A model generated the notes under the pieces. It did no database searches. It had not been told where the DNA came from and saw only the letters and a program-made list of their open reading frames with translations. Both the position numbers and the translations under genes were made by a program. Shown here piece after piece: positions 10,507 through 22,216 of a stretch of DNA of 64,000 nt. The stretch is taken from IMG/VR virus record IMGVR_UViG_3300037418_001469; one strand, 5' to 3'. Positions within the stretch are counted from its first letter, which is position 1. Each line of letters begins with the position of its first letter. The stretch is from a virus.

Positions 10507-10689
10507 ATGAGTACAAACAAATTGTTAGTACCACAATCAGAAATGGTATTAGAACAAATGAAACAAGAAATTGCTCAAGAGTTCGGTATTCATTATGGTG
10601 CAGATGCAACTGCTCGTGATAATGGTAAAATTGGTGGAGAAATAACAAAGCGACTAGTTCAAATGGCTCAAGAACAATTAAAACAATAA
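10507..10689 (+). CDS. ssp: Alpha/beta-type small acid-soluble spore protein
   Basis: NKLLVP...[42 protein letters not shown]. Confidence 0.93.
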   Translation: MSTNKLLVPQSEMVLEQMKQEIAQEFGIHYGADATARDNGKIGGEITKRLVQMAQEQLKQ

Positions 10690-10696
10690 AATAACC

Positions 10697-10721
10697 GCCT
10701 AGCCTCGTGCTAGGCTTTTTT
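10697..10721 (+). terminator. Intrinsic terminator
   Basis: GCCTAGC-ctcgt-GCTAGGC followed by T6. Confidence 0.8.
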
Positions 10722-10773
10722 GCAAATGAGATTATATTATATGTATAAGATAGAATTTAAGGAGGAAAACTAA

Positions 10774-11732
10774 ATGATTAGTGCAGTTGATGTAGCAGAA
10801 GATATATTAAAGTTTAGAGGCTTTTGGAAATCATCATTTAAAGACAAGTTGATTTGGCTATTTATACTATATCCATTTATGTTGTTTGTTGTTTCATTCT
10901 TCACTTTGCAGATGATTTATACATATGTCTATTGTGGCTTGCACAGTTTAAAGCACAAGTTAAGGAGGAAAGGAAATGAAGACAAGTACAAGTAATTCAG
11001 TATTTGAAGGAGAAAACATCATTGCTTATGACCACGATACATATATAGTATTTAAAGAAGATGGTCAAGGCGAGATAGTCATTCCAAGTATTGAGAGATA
11101 CGAAATAAAGCATGGCACTAGGGCAATCAGAGAGAATGGCTCTGTAGACCTTCTGTGCCCCAATATGAGCGTTTTAAACCATATAGAAAATAAATGGTCT
11201 AGGTTGGACGAAACAACGCTTATATGCTCAGAATGTGGCTCTCAGATGGATATAAACAATATTAACGGACGAGCAAAGTTGGAGGAGAAAGAATAATGAA
11301 TAGTGATGGTCGAAGGACGGTAAAGATTCTACTTGGCGGAGAATGGACGGAAGCAGAATTTCAGGAACTGGAAGAAGGAGATATATTCAGACTATACAAT
11401 CCTTTTGGCGAGTTAGTAGGAACATACAAAGCACTGTCAGACCCTTATATTAACATTGATTTTGATGTATACGAGATAGCGATAGAGGAGGTAAAAGAAT
11501 GAAAATAGAAAAGGTAAAATACAATGTCTTCATAAATAGCTTTGGAGGAGGAATTGGAGCAGGAACTTTAAAAGCTATGGGTACGATAGAAGAAGTAACT
11601 GTAGAGCACAATACAATAACAGATAAAATAGCAGTAAAAGTAAATAATGAGGTAGTGTTTGAACATGAACCTAGACCAAAGGCTAATAATATTACAACAG
11701 CAGATAGCGAATCAAGTATCACAGAAGGTTGA
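10774..11732 (+). CDS. Four small hypothetical proteins (10774-10995 TM, 10976-11296, 11296-11502, 11499-11732)
   Basis: Overlapping start/stop codons and GGAGG RBSs. Confidence 0.55.
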
Positions 11733-11866
11733 CCTATACTACTATGAAGGATATGGCGCATTAGCAGTGCCTCATGGAGCACCACTGCACCCTAGATATA
11801 TTATATTCGCTTTCCCTGACATAGCAATAAGAGCAAACCCCCAAGTCTTTTGACAAGGGGGCTTTT

Positions 11867-12196
11867 TTATTTATCTTTACCTAGTAGTCCATCACGAAAC
11901 AATTCTTTTTTGTGTTCTCTGTGATTTTTCATATAGTCTCTATGTTTATCTTTATCGTAATACCTACCTCCTTTTTGATTTTTCTTAAATCGTTCACTTG
12001 CCTTCTCTTTTCTTTCGGGAAACAACGTAAATTGAATAAGCCTCTTGCTTACATTCCATTTTTTAGCTAAAGAAGTAATGCTAATAGTTCCGCTTTCATA
12101 TTCTTTTACTATTTTTTCCTTATCTTCTTGAGTTAACTTAACTCTCTTGTCATATTTTTCATTATTGATTGGAATTTTATCGAATTTATAGGGCAT
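11867..12196 (-). CDS. HTH DNA-binding protein
   Basis: KLTQEDKEKI..SITSLAKKWNVSKRLIQF; GAGGTG RBS before MPYK. Confidence 0.65.
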   Translation of the reverse strand: MPYKFDKIPINNEKYDKRVKLTQEDKEKIVKEYESGTISITSLAKKWNVSKRLIQFTLFPERKEKASERFKKNQKGGRYYDKDKHRDYMKNHREHKKELFRDGLLGKDK

Positions 12197-12492
12197 TGCA
12201 ATCTCACCTCTCATTAGATATAAAAAAAGTGCGTAGCACCGAAACGCCACGCAATCCTTATAAGTGTAGGTTTCCTGCGTCAACCTACTCCTCACTATCT
12301 AAAAAATCCTCAATAATTTCCTTGCCTTCTCGAATCGTTACATACGCTCTTTCTAGTTCAATTGCCTCAGTACTCTTAGGGTCAGGGTAAATTTTAGCAT
12401 TGTACCAATTCAGTTCACTTAAGGTATCATCCAAATCCGCAACCAAAGTGATAAGTTTTTCATGTTTAACTTTTTCCATTAATACCATCCTC

Positions 12493-12873
12493 CTAAAATA
12501 TTCTATATTGAATCTTACACAATAGTCTACCTTTGCGGAAAAACAAGTCAATCTCACGATTCCAATATCCAATTAGATTTCCTTCTTTATAAATCATATC
12601 ATAGTTTCTATCGTCATCTTTTACGATTCCAATAATTTTTTCCTCAAATACCTCTCTAATTTCTCTTTTACTCATTTTATCATTATAATTTATACCATGC
12701 TTATTCAAGACCACCTTAACGAACTGCTCTCTGTACTCTTTAATATACATATTAGCCTCTTTACGAATATCATTAAAGTTATTAAAATGCATCTTCTCCA
12801 TCAATGTCGATAAATCCAGTACGATTGTTCCTAAACTTTTGTCCTGCTGTTTCTTCTTTTTTGTTTTCGACAT
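12493..12873 (-). CDS. Hypothetical protein
   Basis: AAGGAGGAG RBS before MSKTKK; overlaps the 3' end of the macrodomain gene. Confidence 0.55.
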   Translation of the reverse strand: MSKTKKKKQQDKSLGTIVLDLSTLMEKMHFNNFNDIRKEANMYIKEYREQFVKVVLNKHGINYNDKMSKREIREVFEEKIIGIVKDDDRNYDMIYKEGNLIGYWNREIDLFFRKGRLLCKIQYRIF

Positions 12874-13468
12874 AATCTTCATCTCCTCCTTGGTAAACGA
12901 AAGCCACGAGACCATCTTTGAAAATATCCTCCACCATCGGAAGGACAACTCCATTCCAATCGCCTCCTCCAAGCCCACAACCGAGCCTAAATGGGATAAC
13001 AACATCTACATTAAGAGCCTGTGCCATCATTTTAACATCTTCTAAGCCTGTACGCAAGGCATTGTAGTCAGTATATCTCTTGCCATCTCTTCCATAAAAC
13101 TCTTGACCAATAATATTGCAGACATACTTATCAGGTTCTACCTCAATATATGAAGTATATCCCAATTCTAGAAGTCCTAATTCGTACTCAGCACGATAAT
13201 GTTCGTAAACCATTGGATATTTATTACGAATGGCTTTAGCTAAGCCTGAACCCATTACTCCTTGAGCGTTGCATTGTTGAACCATAATACACTTATTAGG
13301 TTGTCCATCAAATATATCGTTCATTACATGAATTATCATTGTCTCATTCCTTCCTATTACAGACTCACCGCAATGAATACAGTGAACCCAATCGTCACTA
13401 GTATAGTCTATCTGACATACTGCTTTACCCCTACGGTTGGGACAAGAAAGATGGGTATCAGTCGCCAT
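12782..13468 (-). CDS. Macrodomain (ADP-ribose hydrolase) protein; possible internal start at 13339
   Basis: QQCNAQGVMGSGLAKAIR, IPFRLGCGLGGGDW. Confidence 0.85.
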   Translation of the reverse strand: MATDTHLSCPNRRGKAVCQIDYTSDDWVHCIHCGESVIGRNETMIIHVMNDIFDGQPNKCIMVQQCNAQGVMGSGLAKAIRNKYPMVYEHYRAEYELGLLELGYTSYIEVEPDKYVCNIIGQEFYGRDGKRYTDYNALRTGLEDVKMMAQALNVDVVIPFRLGCGLGGGDWNGVVLPMVEDIFKDGLVAFVYQGGDEDYVENKKEETAGQKFRNNRTGFIDIDGEDAF

Positions 13469-15027
13469 TGTTGCTTGCCTCTTCAAATTCACCACAATCT
13501 TTACATTTCATCCATAATCCTGAGTCATAGTAGTCTCCATATCCATTTATGGTACAATTCTCACTTCCGCATTTTTTACATATAATTTTAATTGAAAAAC
13601 TATCAGTATCTTTTTTCACTTCGCTCCAACCTCCTATAATAAAATATGTGACTATACCTAAAGCGAGAAGAATCCAAGATATATCTCTTTTTTTCACTAC
13701 ATCATTCCTTTTTAATATATATGATTATGAGTAATAAAACAGGAGAGTATAGTAGTCCTGCTATAAATATTATGTAATCATTCATTACTATACCTCCTCA
13801 GACGCTCAGAATAGCCTCCTAAACGATTTTAAAAAGGAAGTAGTATAAATACTACCCCCTCGTGTTATAATTGCTCCTAGAGCCTGTCTTTAACTGTAAA
13901 ATTGAACTTAATCTTATTGAAAGATTTAAGTAGTCGTTCCTTCTCTTGCTCATTAGTATTAGTAACAATACGATACCGTATCTCTTTGTTAATATCTTCT
14001 TTCACTTTATCAATCACATCCTCTACTGTTAAAGAACTAAGTTTTTCGATTATTCTTCTGTCGTAATCATAGACCGATTCTCTGCTTGATTTCCAAATAA
14101 GGTCGATGCAATTAGTTTCTTTCTTAAAGCCTTTTACCTTATATGTATACTTTATATAATATGCTTCTTTGTAATCATAACGGTCATATTTCATTACTAT
14201 ACTAGCTTTAACTTTAATTTCCATATAAACACCTCCATAAGCAAGATTTTCTATAGCCTCGCTCAATTATTTTTTACTTAAAATTGCATCAAGAAACAAA
14301 CAAGTAAAAAAGGCAACTATCCAAACACCTAAGCCACTCATATGCGTTCCAAAAGCATCGTTAAAATTATACACTACTTCATTTGCTTTACCAAATATAT
14401 TTATTAGCACTAATGCAATAATCAAAAAAAATGTAAACATTTATTCCACTTCCTTAAACATATAGCGTACTTTGTCAAATCCTTTAGCGTTATCATATAT
14501 AGTGTATTGTTCTAACAGAAAAGCAACTAACTTTTCATAATCCTTTACTCTGCAATCAGGGTTAAACACCATTTGTTTAGGCATTTGAAAATGTACAAGT
14601 TGACCACTGTGTAGTTTTAGATAGGAAATCTCTCCAACCGCATCAATAGTAGCTGTGTCATTTTCCAATTCAAAATCAGGTTCATTTTCAAAGGGATTAG
14701 GCATGGCATAGTGACCGTACATACTATCGTACATTTTCTCATAACAGTTATAGCATAGATTTTTGTGGTAATGATGCAAAGCAACATTGTGATTATTGCA
14801 CTCAGAACATCTACCTTCCATTTGTATCACTCCTCCGTATTGTAAATATCAACTAATCTTAGCTTGCTAGTTATTGCGTAATAGGTCTTTCCACAGCAAT
14901 TGGCTCTATATGATGTTCCATCTGCATCAAAGTCAGCGTAAAATTCTAACTTGCTCTTGCAATGTGGACATTCAGACTCATATAAAAGCTGACTAATATA
15001 GTACTCATTTAAAGGTATTGGTATCAT
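13458..15027 (-). CDS. Small hypothetical proteins, several with CxxC pairs (13458-13697, 13877-~14224, 14441-14830, 14827-15027)
   Basis: Co-oriented ORFs with RBSs; minus-strand promoter at ~15040-15087. Confidence 0.5.
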
Positions 15028-15144
15028 TTTATCACTCCTTAGTATATTATAGTTATATTATACTAAAAAAAATTGGTAAAGTCAAGGAGGTACTTGTATA
15101 AATACATGAAAGATGGTTATAATATATTCATGGAGGTGTTGAAT

Positions 15145-15696
15145 ATGAATATATTTGATTTTACAGGAGAAAGAATCATTTTTGCAGGAGATAAGAAGCT
15201 ATTTTTGTACAGCGTGGACAAGCAAGAGGAATTGTTCAAGATGAATTTTAAAGGAATTGATACGTTTTTTAATACTCTTGATTCAGTAGGCAATAAGGCT
15301 ATCGGTAATGCAATGATTCTTTTTGATGGTTACAATGATGTGGCTACAGAATTATATGAGGTTCCACAAGTAAGAAAATTCGTAAAAGAGCTGTTTAATC
15401 GCTATCCTTATTTGCTAAATTATATCAACTTTGATATAGAAGGACATCATTCATTGTTGGCTTGCTTATTAGATATAGAGGTAATGTATAAAGGAGAAAG
15501 ACTTACATTCGATGAGCATGCTAAGAGATATGGCTTTGGAAAACCTATGCCAAAACATAATGTGCATATGAAAATGCCAAGTGAATTATTAGCACACTTG
15601 GTAAAGTCTATGTTTTCACATGGAAATACAACAGGAACTACTAAATATGCGGACAAGCAAGCATATAAGTTGATGGAAATATTTAAGAGGGCTTAA
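15145..15696 (+). CDS. CRR6/DUF1817-like protein, an isolated + strand unit
   Basis: LFDGYND...ELYEVPQVRKF motif; own promoter and terminator (15686-15714). Confidence 0.55.
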   Translation: MNIFDFTGERIIFAGDKKLFLYSVDKQEELFKMNFKGIDTFFNTLDSVGNKAIGNAMILFDGYNDVATELYEVPQVRKFVKELFNRYPYLLNYINFDIEGHHSLLACLLDIEVMYKGERLTFDEHAKRYGFGKPMPKHNVHMKMPSELLAHLVKSMFSHGNTTGTTKYADKQAYKLMEIFKRA

Positions 15697-15961
15697 ATAG
15701 CCCTCTCTTTTTTTCTAATTCCACTCATTCCAACACCAGTTTTCTAGTTTATTTATTATTTTATTGCTCATGACATATTCAATAGCTTTATCTCTAGGCA
15801 TAAACAATGTGACTAACATCATTAGTGAAAGTGGAATAAGCACAATAAGAAACTTAATATAGAATTTCCAACCTAGACTCATGGGTTCAACCTTCCTTCT
15901 TTATAGCCTGTTTTAAATCCAATGGTATAGGCAACAATTACTAGTATTAGAGTTATAATCA

Positions 15962-17255
15962 TTATAATGCCTCCTTGTATTTGGGTTCAATTAATTTTTC
16001 TACATAATACTCAAAACAATTAGTTTCACTGCACAGGCAAGCACCATCAAATCCTAGCCTTATGTAATTATCTCCTACATAAATAGGCTCGTTACACTCG
16101 TCACAATAACAGAACACCTTTTCTTCTTGACCGCTAGCTAACTTCCACTCATCGTAGTCTCTCATTCTTCCACCTTCTTCTTTCTATATGCCTTAGCAGT
16201 AGTAATAACAACTACTCCATCAGGATATATTTGATTGTTTATATTGAGAACCTTAGTGTCGATATCTGTTATAAGAGCATCACGGTCATGTAGCATATAT
16301 TTTCTAGCCAATCCAAACAATGCCTTGATTTGATAACCGATTGTATAGTCTAGCAACTTTCTGTCTGCATATCGCTTATCTTCAATGATATTTTTAACTT
16401 CAAACTCTTCTAATAGTACTAGTTCATACTTACTCATTGCTATATACTCTCGCTTTCGCTGTTATTTTTAAATAGTTATCACCAAATAAAGGATAGTTAG
16501 GGAAATCATCTTCTTCTTTAAAAGATATGCTAATTAAAGCATCGTCAATATCTATATCTACGAATGCATCTATAAGCCTATGAGCTAATTGTTTCTTTGT
16601 TTCTTTGACAATATCAACCTTTGCTGATTTAATCAGTTCATAGTTAAGTGTAGATTCAACATAAAAAGTTTCCTTTTTTTTATATTCCACAATACCACTC
16701 CTTAATAATTGTTATTAACCTTTTGGAACTTTTAATAACTTTTTTTATTAACCGTTATTAACGTCCGTCTTTCCAAGCTATGTACAAGCCTACCAAAATA
16801 ATTGCTCCGATTATACCGAAGGTGACAAAGCCTGCAATAAAATTAGTCCAATCCATGTAGTCACCGCCTTTTAATTATTAATCCACCATAGTCAACATAA
16901 CATAGATAGCCATCAATATAGCACCTAAGTCGAGTGTACCTTTGTTTGCCTGCTTTAAAAATTGAAGACATAAGCCAACTAACATAACTAATCCAAATAC
17001 GAACATAAACATCTCTCCTTTATATTATAAGTATAATATAATTATACAACAAAAAAAGAAACTAGTCAAGGACTAGTTCCCTTTACATTCTATACAAACA
17101 GTGTTTCCTTTTTCAGGCACAGACCAGTTATTATAATGTTGGACATTGAAAAAAGCACCTGTCTCTTCTTTTTCATCACGCACTAGCTTACCTACTGGAA
17201 CTCCGCACTTATAACAAGAAAACTCATATGGACTTGCCTTAGATTTAGTTGTCAT
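15962..17255 (-). CDS. Small hypothetical proteins and membrane peptides (15962-16165, 16162-16437, 16430-16690, ~16760-16856, ~16878-17012, 17073-17255)
   Basis: Coupled ORFs with RBSs; two short hydrophobic ORFs read directly from the DNA. Confidence 0.5.
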
Positions 17256-17691
17256 TCAGCACGCCCCATTCACTAGGCATTGGCTTTCTAATTTCATATG
17301 TTTTGCTAGGGTTAAACTTAAGTTGTTTGAATCCATTAGCAACATCATACCTCTTAACTCGGACGATAGCATCAGGAGGAATAATACCATCATACTCTAT
17401 AGCCTCGCAACCATAGAAACTTACACTATGGTCTGAGGAGTACTGAGCCATATTCCAATCCAGTTTAGCTGTGTCAATTTTCAAGAAGTCAATAACAGGG
17501 TTGCTAACTACTTCATTTGTATCATAATCAAAACGTGTTTTTGGTAATGCAAAGAATCTAAAACAATCCTCTAGTGAGAAACAGGCATATACATAGCCCC
17601 AACTAGGCTTTATGCCCTCTCTTAAGATGTTACTAACATTGCTAGGTGCTGTGCCATGCCATATAAAATGAGGTCTAGTTGGTTTTTCCAT
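17245..17691 (-). CDS. ADP-ribosyltransferase-fold protein (Tpt1/KptA-like)
   Basis: WHGT...ILREGIKP...VYA, LKID, YDGIIPPDAI. Confidence 0.6.
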   Translation of the reverse strand: MEKPTRPHFIWHGTAPSNVSNILREGIKPSWGYVYACFSLEDCFRFFALPKTRFDYDTNEVVSNPVIDFLKIDTAKLDWNMAQYSSDHSVSFYGCEAIEYDGIIPPDAIVRVKRYDVANGFKQLKFNPSKTYEIRKPMPSEWGVLNDN

Positions 17692-18093
17692 CTCTACTCA
17701 GCTCCTTCATAATTTGTTTAATATCTTGTAAAGACAAAAAGAAGTCACGAACTATTCCGCTATCCATTTCTTGATAGATACGAACAAACTTTCTTCCTTT
17801 GTAGTCTTCTTCGATTTTGAAATAATCTTCTGTTCCATTATGCATATAGTCGTCGAATTTGGTCATTTAATCCACCTTCCTCCCCTTCCTAACCCTCATT
17901 CTTCTCTCTATCAAATCACCACACAAGCCCCACCACGCCATAGCAACGCCAAACAAACACACGACAATTCCACCCAGGAATAAACCCCCAACAACCACCC
18001 AAGCCACAACCAATTCCCATTCCACTGTCATTTTGTCGCCTCCTACTTTTACATTATAAATATAATACAGGGCAAAAGTCAAGGATTGTCTTT

Positions 18094-18486
18094 TCACTTT
18101 TTATTTAGTTTTTGTTCAATTTTACGGACGCAATCATTTACGTTTTTATTAATCTCAGAACCACTAAAACGTAACACAGACTTATAGCCATTCTTGTATA
18201 GATAAGAACTCCTCCTTTTATCGTACTTTTTTTGGTCGGGGGAAGAATGAAAAGCCTTACCATCGCACTCAATAGCAATATTACCTATAGTCATATCTAT
18301 ATAGTAGGGACCACACCTAGTCTGAGATTTAACTTTATATCCTTTTCTTGCTAATGCATTATATAACTTCCACTCTATAGGAGATTCACATTTAGGTTTT
18401 GTATCTGTTTCTTTATATAATATCCATGCAGGGACAAGCAGTGTAGTTAGGAACATAACCACAAGTGATAAATTACCAACACCCAT
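18094..18486 (-). CDS. Membrane-anchored DUF559/Vsr-like endonuclease
   Basis: N-terminal TM helix; ESPIE..L, GPYYID, AIECDG..FH, LRFSGSEI. Confidence 0.8.
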   Translation of the reverse strand: MGVGNLSLVVMFLTTLLVPAWILYKETDTKPKCESPIEWKLYNALARKGYKVKSQTRCGPYYIDMTIGNIAIECDGKAFHSSPDQKKYDKRRSSYLYKNGYKSVLRFSGSEINKNVNDCVRKIEQKLNKK

Positions 18487-19904
18487 ATATAGTCTCCTTT
18501 ATTTATTTTCCTTTATTGCCTTTAAAATTATTTTTAAATTTCTCCTCATTTCAACAAGAATCCAAATAGTTTGTAGATTAGCAAGAAACCACCCTGCTAT
18601 ATGAGACCAAGCAAAGAATGTTATTCGTTCTTTATCACTCGATAACTTTAAAAATCGTTTCATAAATTTCCTCATAGTAACCTCCTTATTAAATATTAAT
18701 AAGTGTTAATAACCAACCATAAGCAACTATATCTGTTTATGCTTAGCTATGTATTTTATTATACCCCACTTAGTCTTGCTTGTCTATGGTACTTAGTTAT
18801 GACTAACTAGGTCTCTAACTAGTCCATCCCAAGAGCTACCTATATAGGACGAGATGCAACTTCCAAAAACTAACGAGTTCTTTACTCGTTCCTCGTGCGC
18901 CCTCTACCTGCGCTCGGTCTCCCCCACGGAACTACCAAGCTATATCCTTTAGCCTGCTAAAGAGTGGTCTTTTTCTATACGACTTGTCCCTATACTATAT
19001 ATTATACCTATATTATGACACAATATACACCCTTTTATACATGTTTTTCGTTCGGAAAATGTAGAATATTTTTTCCAAAATAGGGCACGATTTTTTTTCC
19101 AAAAAGTAGTCCGAATTTTTTTTCAATTCCTATAATCAGGAATGGAATTTTTTCTATATAAGTGTAATTTTACACCCCCTAGGTACTGGATTTTTTTTCC
19201 AATAAGGCTGAAAAGTCTATAATGTATGGGTTAGGGTGCGTATATCCCACTTCGTGGGTTTTTTGGTCTTTCATTTGAATATACCCCTACCCTACCCAAA
19301 AAGACGGGAAATATTGCAGGAAATAATTCCTATAACCTATGTTATGGGAATTAAGTCAATTGTACACAATATAATTTTAGACTATAAAATCGTACTCACA
19401 ATTGTATTAATCAAAAAAACTTGATATGTAACCTAATATGCTTAGTTTAACCAATAAACAAATACCATTAGTTTACCCAATTAACAAATACAAAATTGAA
19501 TTGTGCACAATTGATTCAAACAGCTAGAACTCTATGTAGTTTACACATACATAGAAAATCTAGGTAAGTTTGTGAATGTTTTCACATACCTATATCTTTT
19601 ATTATAATAGAAAGAACATGAAATCAAGTAAATTTACTTGACAGTAAAACGTAGTAATATCAAGGCTTTGACGAGTTTCTTCCTATATAGAAAAAAGGAC
19701 CAAAAAAGAATCTTTAAAAAAGATGAAAAAATGAGCAAATAGGAGGAAATAGGAGATAATAGCAGAAAAACATGCTTTTTTAAGCTAAAACGGGCTAATA
19801 TGAACTTATTTGGAGTTTTACTTATTTTGCTCTAGGTATTATGATTGCATTGTAAGATAAATTAAATAAAGTTAAGGTTTGGTTGAGGGGGTGCTTTTCT
19901 ACCC

Positions 19905-20302
19905 TTCAAAAAAGTTTTTAAAAAAGGTTGCATATTTTCCTACAACCTGCGTATAATGATAGTAGCATCACAATTGATAATCAAATAGCTTATTCTTCTC
20001 ACACCTTCTATCTAGTATAGAGGGGATGGACATAACGACGTTTTATAGTCAGGTGAATGTGAGAAAAAACTTTTTAAAAAAAGTGGAATAAAGTTCTTGA
20101 CTATCACATAAGCTATACTGTAAGATGATTATAGTACCACACTAACTTAATACGCTTTACCTTACAGGGATTGTCTCCCCTACATTAACCTTCTATATAG
20201 AGGGTATCTCCAAAAAGGCTTAGTAAGAAACTTAAAAAACTTTTTGGAAAGATTTTAAAATAACGCTTGACAGTTTAAAACTTAACCTTTACAATTAGGG
20301 TA
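19905..20302 (+). promoter_or_regulatory. Three tandem strong sigmaA promoters with A/T-tract UP elements
   Basis: TTGCAT-18-TATAAT (19928), TTGACT-18-TAAGAT (20097), TTGACA-17-TACAAT (20267); each preceded by AAAAA(G/C)TTTTT. Confidence 0.75.
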
Positions 20303-21260
20303 GCTTCAAAATTAACGCTTGACAGTGAATAAACAGGGTAGTGAGAAAAACCCTACTATATTGTTCATAAGTGGTAACAAGCAACCCACTATAAAAATAG
20401 GCTTGCATGAGTTCCTTGACAAGAAAATAGTTCAAAGAAGACTTACACCCTTCATGTTTTAAAGAGGGTTCGGGTCTTGTCTAACTGATACTCGCTGAAA
20501 AAGGTGATTCTTGCCTAATCTAAGTGAGTGCCAATGGGTTAGCTAATTAGTCAGATATCATGCTTGCATAGGTGATGGAAGATGTCCAAATTACAGGTGA
20601 AACTAAGGGTTTTTGACTTAGCAGGTTCTCTGGAAACGGGCTTGGTGAGTGGGTCAACAATAACCGCAATGACTAAAAGGTGGAACCCAAGCAATTCCGA
20701 GCAAAGCGACTTGATTCTAAGGTTACGAACTAGCTTGGATAGTAAGCTATACACCCCACACTGTATCACCTGAAAAGGTGGGCAGTCTGTGACTTAAAAG
20801 TAAGGGGTGAGAACTTGGCAAGGTTAGGCAGGGACGGGCGACAAGGGTAGCAAAGCGAATCTAAGAACTATTTGACAATACAGGTTAACTTAAAACTTTC
20901 TTAGGGAATATTTTATGTTTGTTGTTGAAAGTTGAAAGTTGAAAGGTTAACCGCTAAAAGTTGGGTATAGCATATCCAAGTGGGAAAAGTAACCATTCAC
21001 AATATGTGCGGTTACAATGTAGGATAGCGAGAGCGAATCCAAGGTATAGCAACCTATACCATAATTAAGGTTGTAAATTTCGGATTGTTAAGCAAGTCGA
21101 GTAGTCCAAACAATGAGTCCCTAGGGATTACCATTACAGGCACACTGAAAAAGGTTAGTCTCCTTATTAGGATAAACACTTTAGTAGGTTAGACTGTAAA
21201 GGCAAACAAGGTACTATACTCACTGGAGCACATGGTACGACTTGCTTGATTGAATCTGAT
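20302..21260 (+). ncRNA. Candidate large ornate ncRNA (~0.85-0.95 kb, GOLLD/ROOL size class)
   Basis: No credible ORF, raised GC, many nested helices with G-U pairs (20425-33/20865-73; 20508-21/20821-34; 21080-99/21238-59), repeated CUGAAAAG and GNRA-like loops. Confidence 0.72.
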
Positions 21261-21328
21261 ACGGTTTTATTCGGGGGTTTATCCCTTGAATAATGCTAAT
21301 AGTCGAATATAAAACTATAACTTAGGAG

Positions 21329-21649
21329 TTGTTGAAATTGAGAAAAATTGCTAACGATACAAAATTAAACTTTAAGAAAGATTTATCTAACATTGAATTA
21401 ATGGGAATTGAACATATCTTAAACTCGTTTGAAACTGATATTGAATCTGAGGTATTAATGGCTGAGGATTACGGTTTAGCTTATACGAGTTCATCATCAT
21501 ATGCTATGTATAATGTTACGGAACATGTAGTATTTGATGGTTTAACTGTTAGTCACTTCTCTATTACTGATAATGATATGCTTATTATGGTATGTACTGA
21601 TGATGATGAGAATAATCATTGTTATGAAATAGAGGGTTCGGATTACTAG
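21329..21649 (+). CDS. Acidic hypothetical protein inside stalk 1
   Basis: AGGAG RBS with TTG start; D/E-rich. Confidence 0.6.
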   Translation: MLKLRKIANDTKLNFKKDLSNIELMGIEHILNSFETDIESEVLMAEDYGLAYTSSSSYAMYNVTEHVVFDGLTVSHFSITDNDMLIMVCTDDDENNHCYEIEGSDY

Positions 21650-21765
21650 TCCTTTACCTTTTCCGCCAAATTAAAATCTAACATTCGACTGTTAGTGTTA
21701 TTCAAGGGATAACATTATCCTCTGAATAATGGTTATAGTCGAAAAATAAATCATAATTAGAAAGG

Positions 21766-22216
21766 TTGTTGAATATGTTTAACAGTAATCAAATTAAAGT
21801 AGTTAGGGAATATTTAGAAAAACGTTTTAATACAATGAATGTAACGTATATTAAATCAGGTGCTAGTGGCATACTATTCCAAGTGAATGAATTTGAGTTA
21901 GTAGTTATTATTGATACTGATTATAATGTTACATTGGGTTATACAAAATATGATGAAGTTCACACTATTAAAGGTGGTTACTCATTAGGGTTATTAGAAA
22001 ATGCATTGAAAGAAACTGAATGTGCTTATGCTTAAATGGTTAGTGATGATTACAGTCTTATTTTTGATTCTTGTACTTGGGTTGGTTAATGATGCATTAT
22101 CAGTATACAGTGTTACTCATTATATAGATGTTGTGTTTGTATCTACTATAGGAGTTGCTTTACTATTTGTTTATGTTGTATCTGTATTTGTTACAGTGTT
22201 GATTCACAAAAATTAA
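21766..22216 (+). CDS. Two hypothetical proteins inside stalk 2 (21766-22035; 22022-22216, 2 TM)
   Basis: ORF track, RBS, hydrophobicity. Confidence 0.55.

Noticed and set aside
20551-20773. Short ORFs on both strands inside the putative ncRNA
   Set aside because: No RBS and atypical composition; base pairing explains the sequence better
20924-20945. GTTGAAA x3 resembling CRISPR repeat ends
   Set aside because: No spacers and no full-length repeats; it forms one arm of a hairpin
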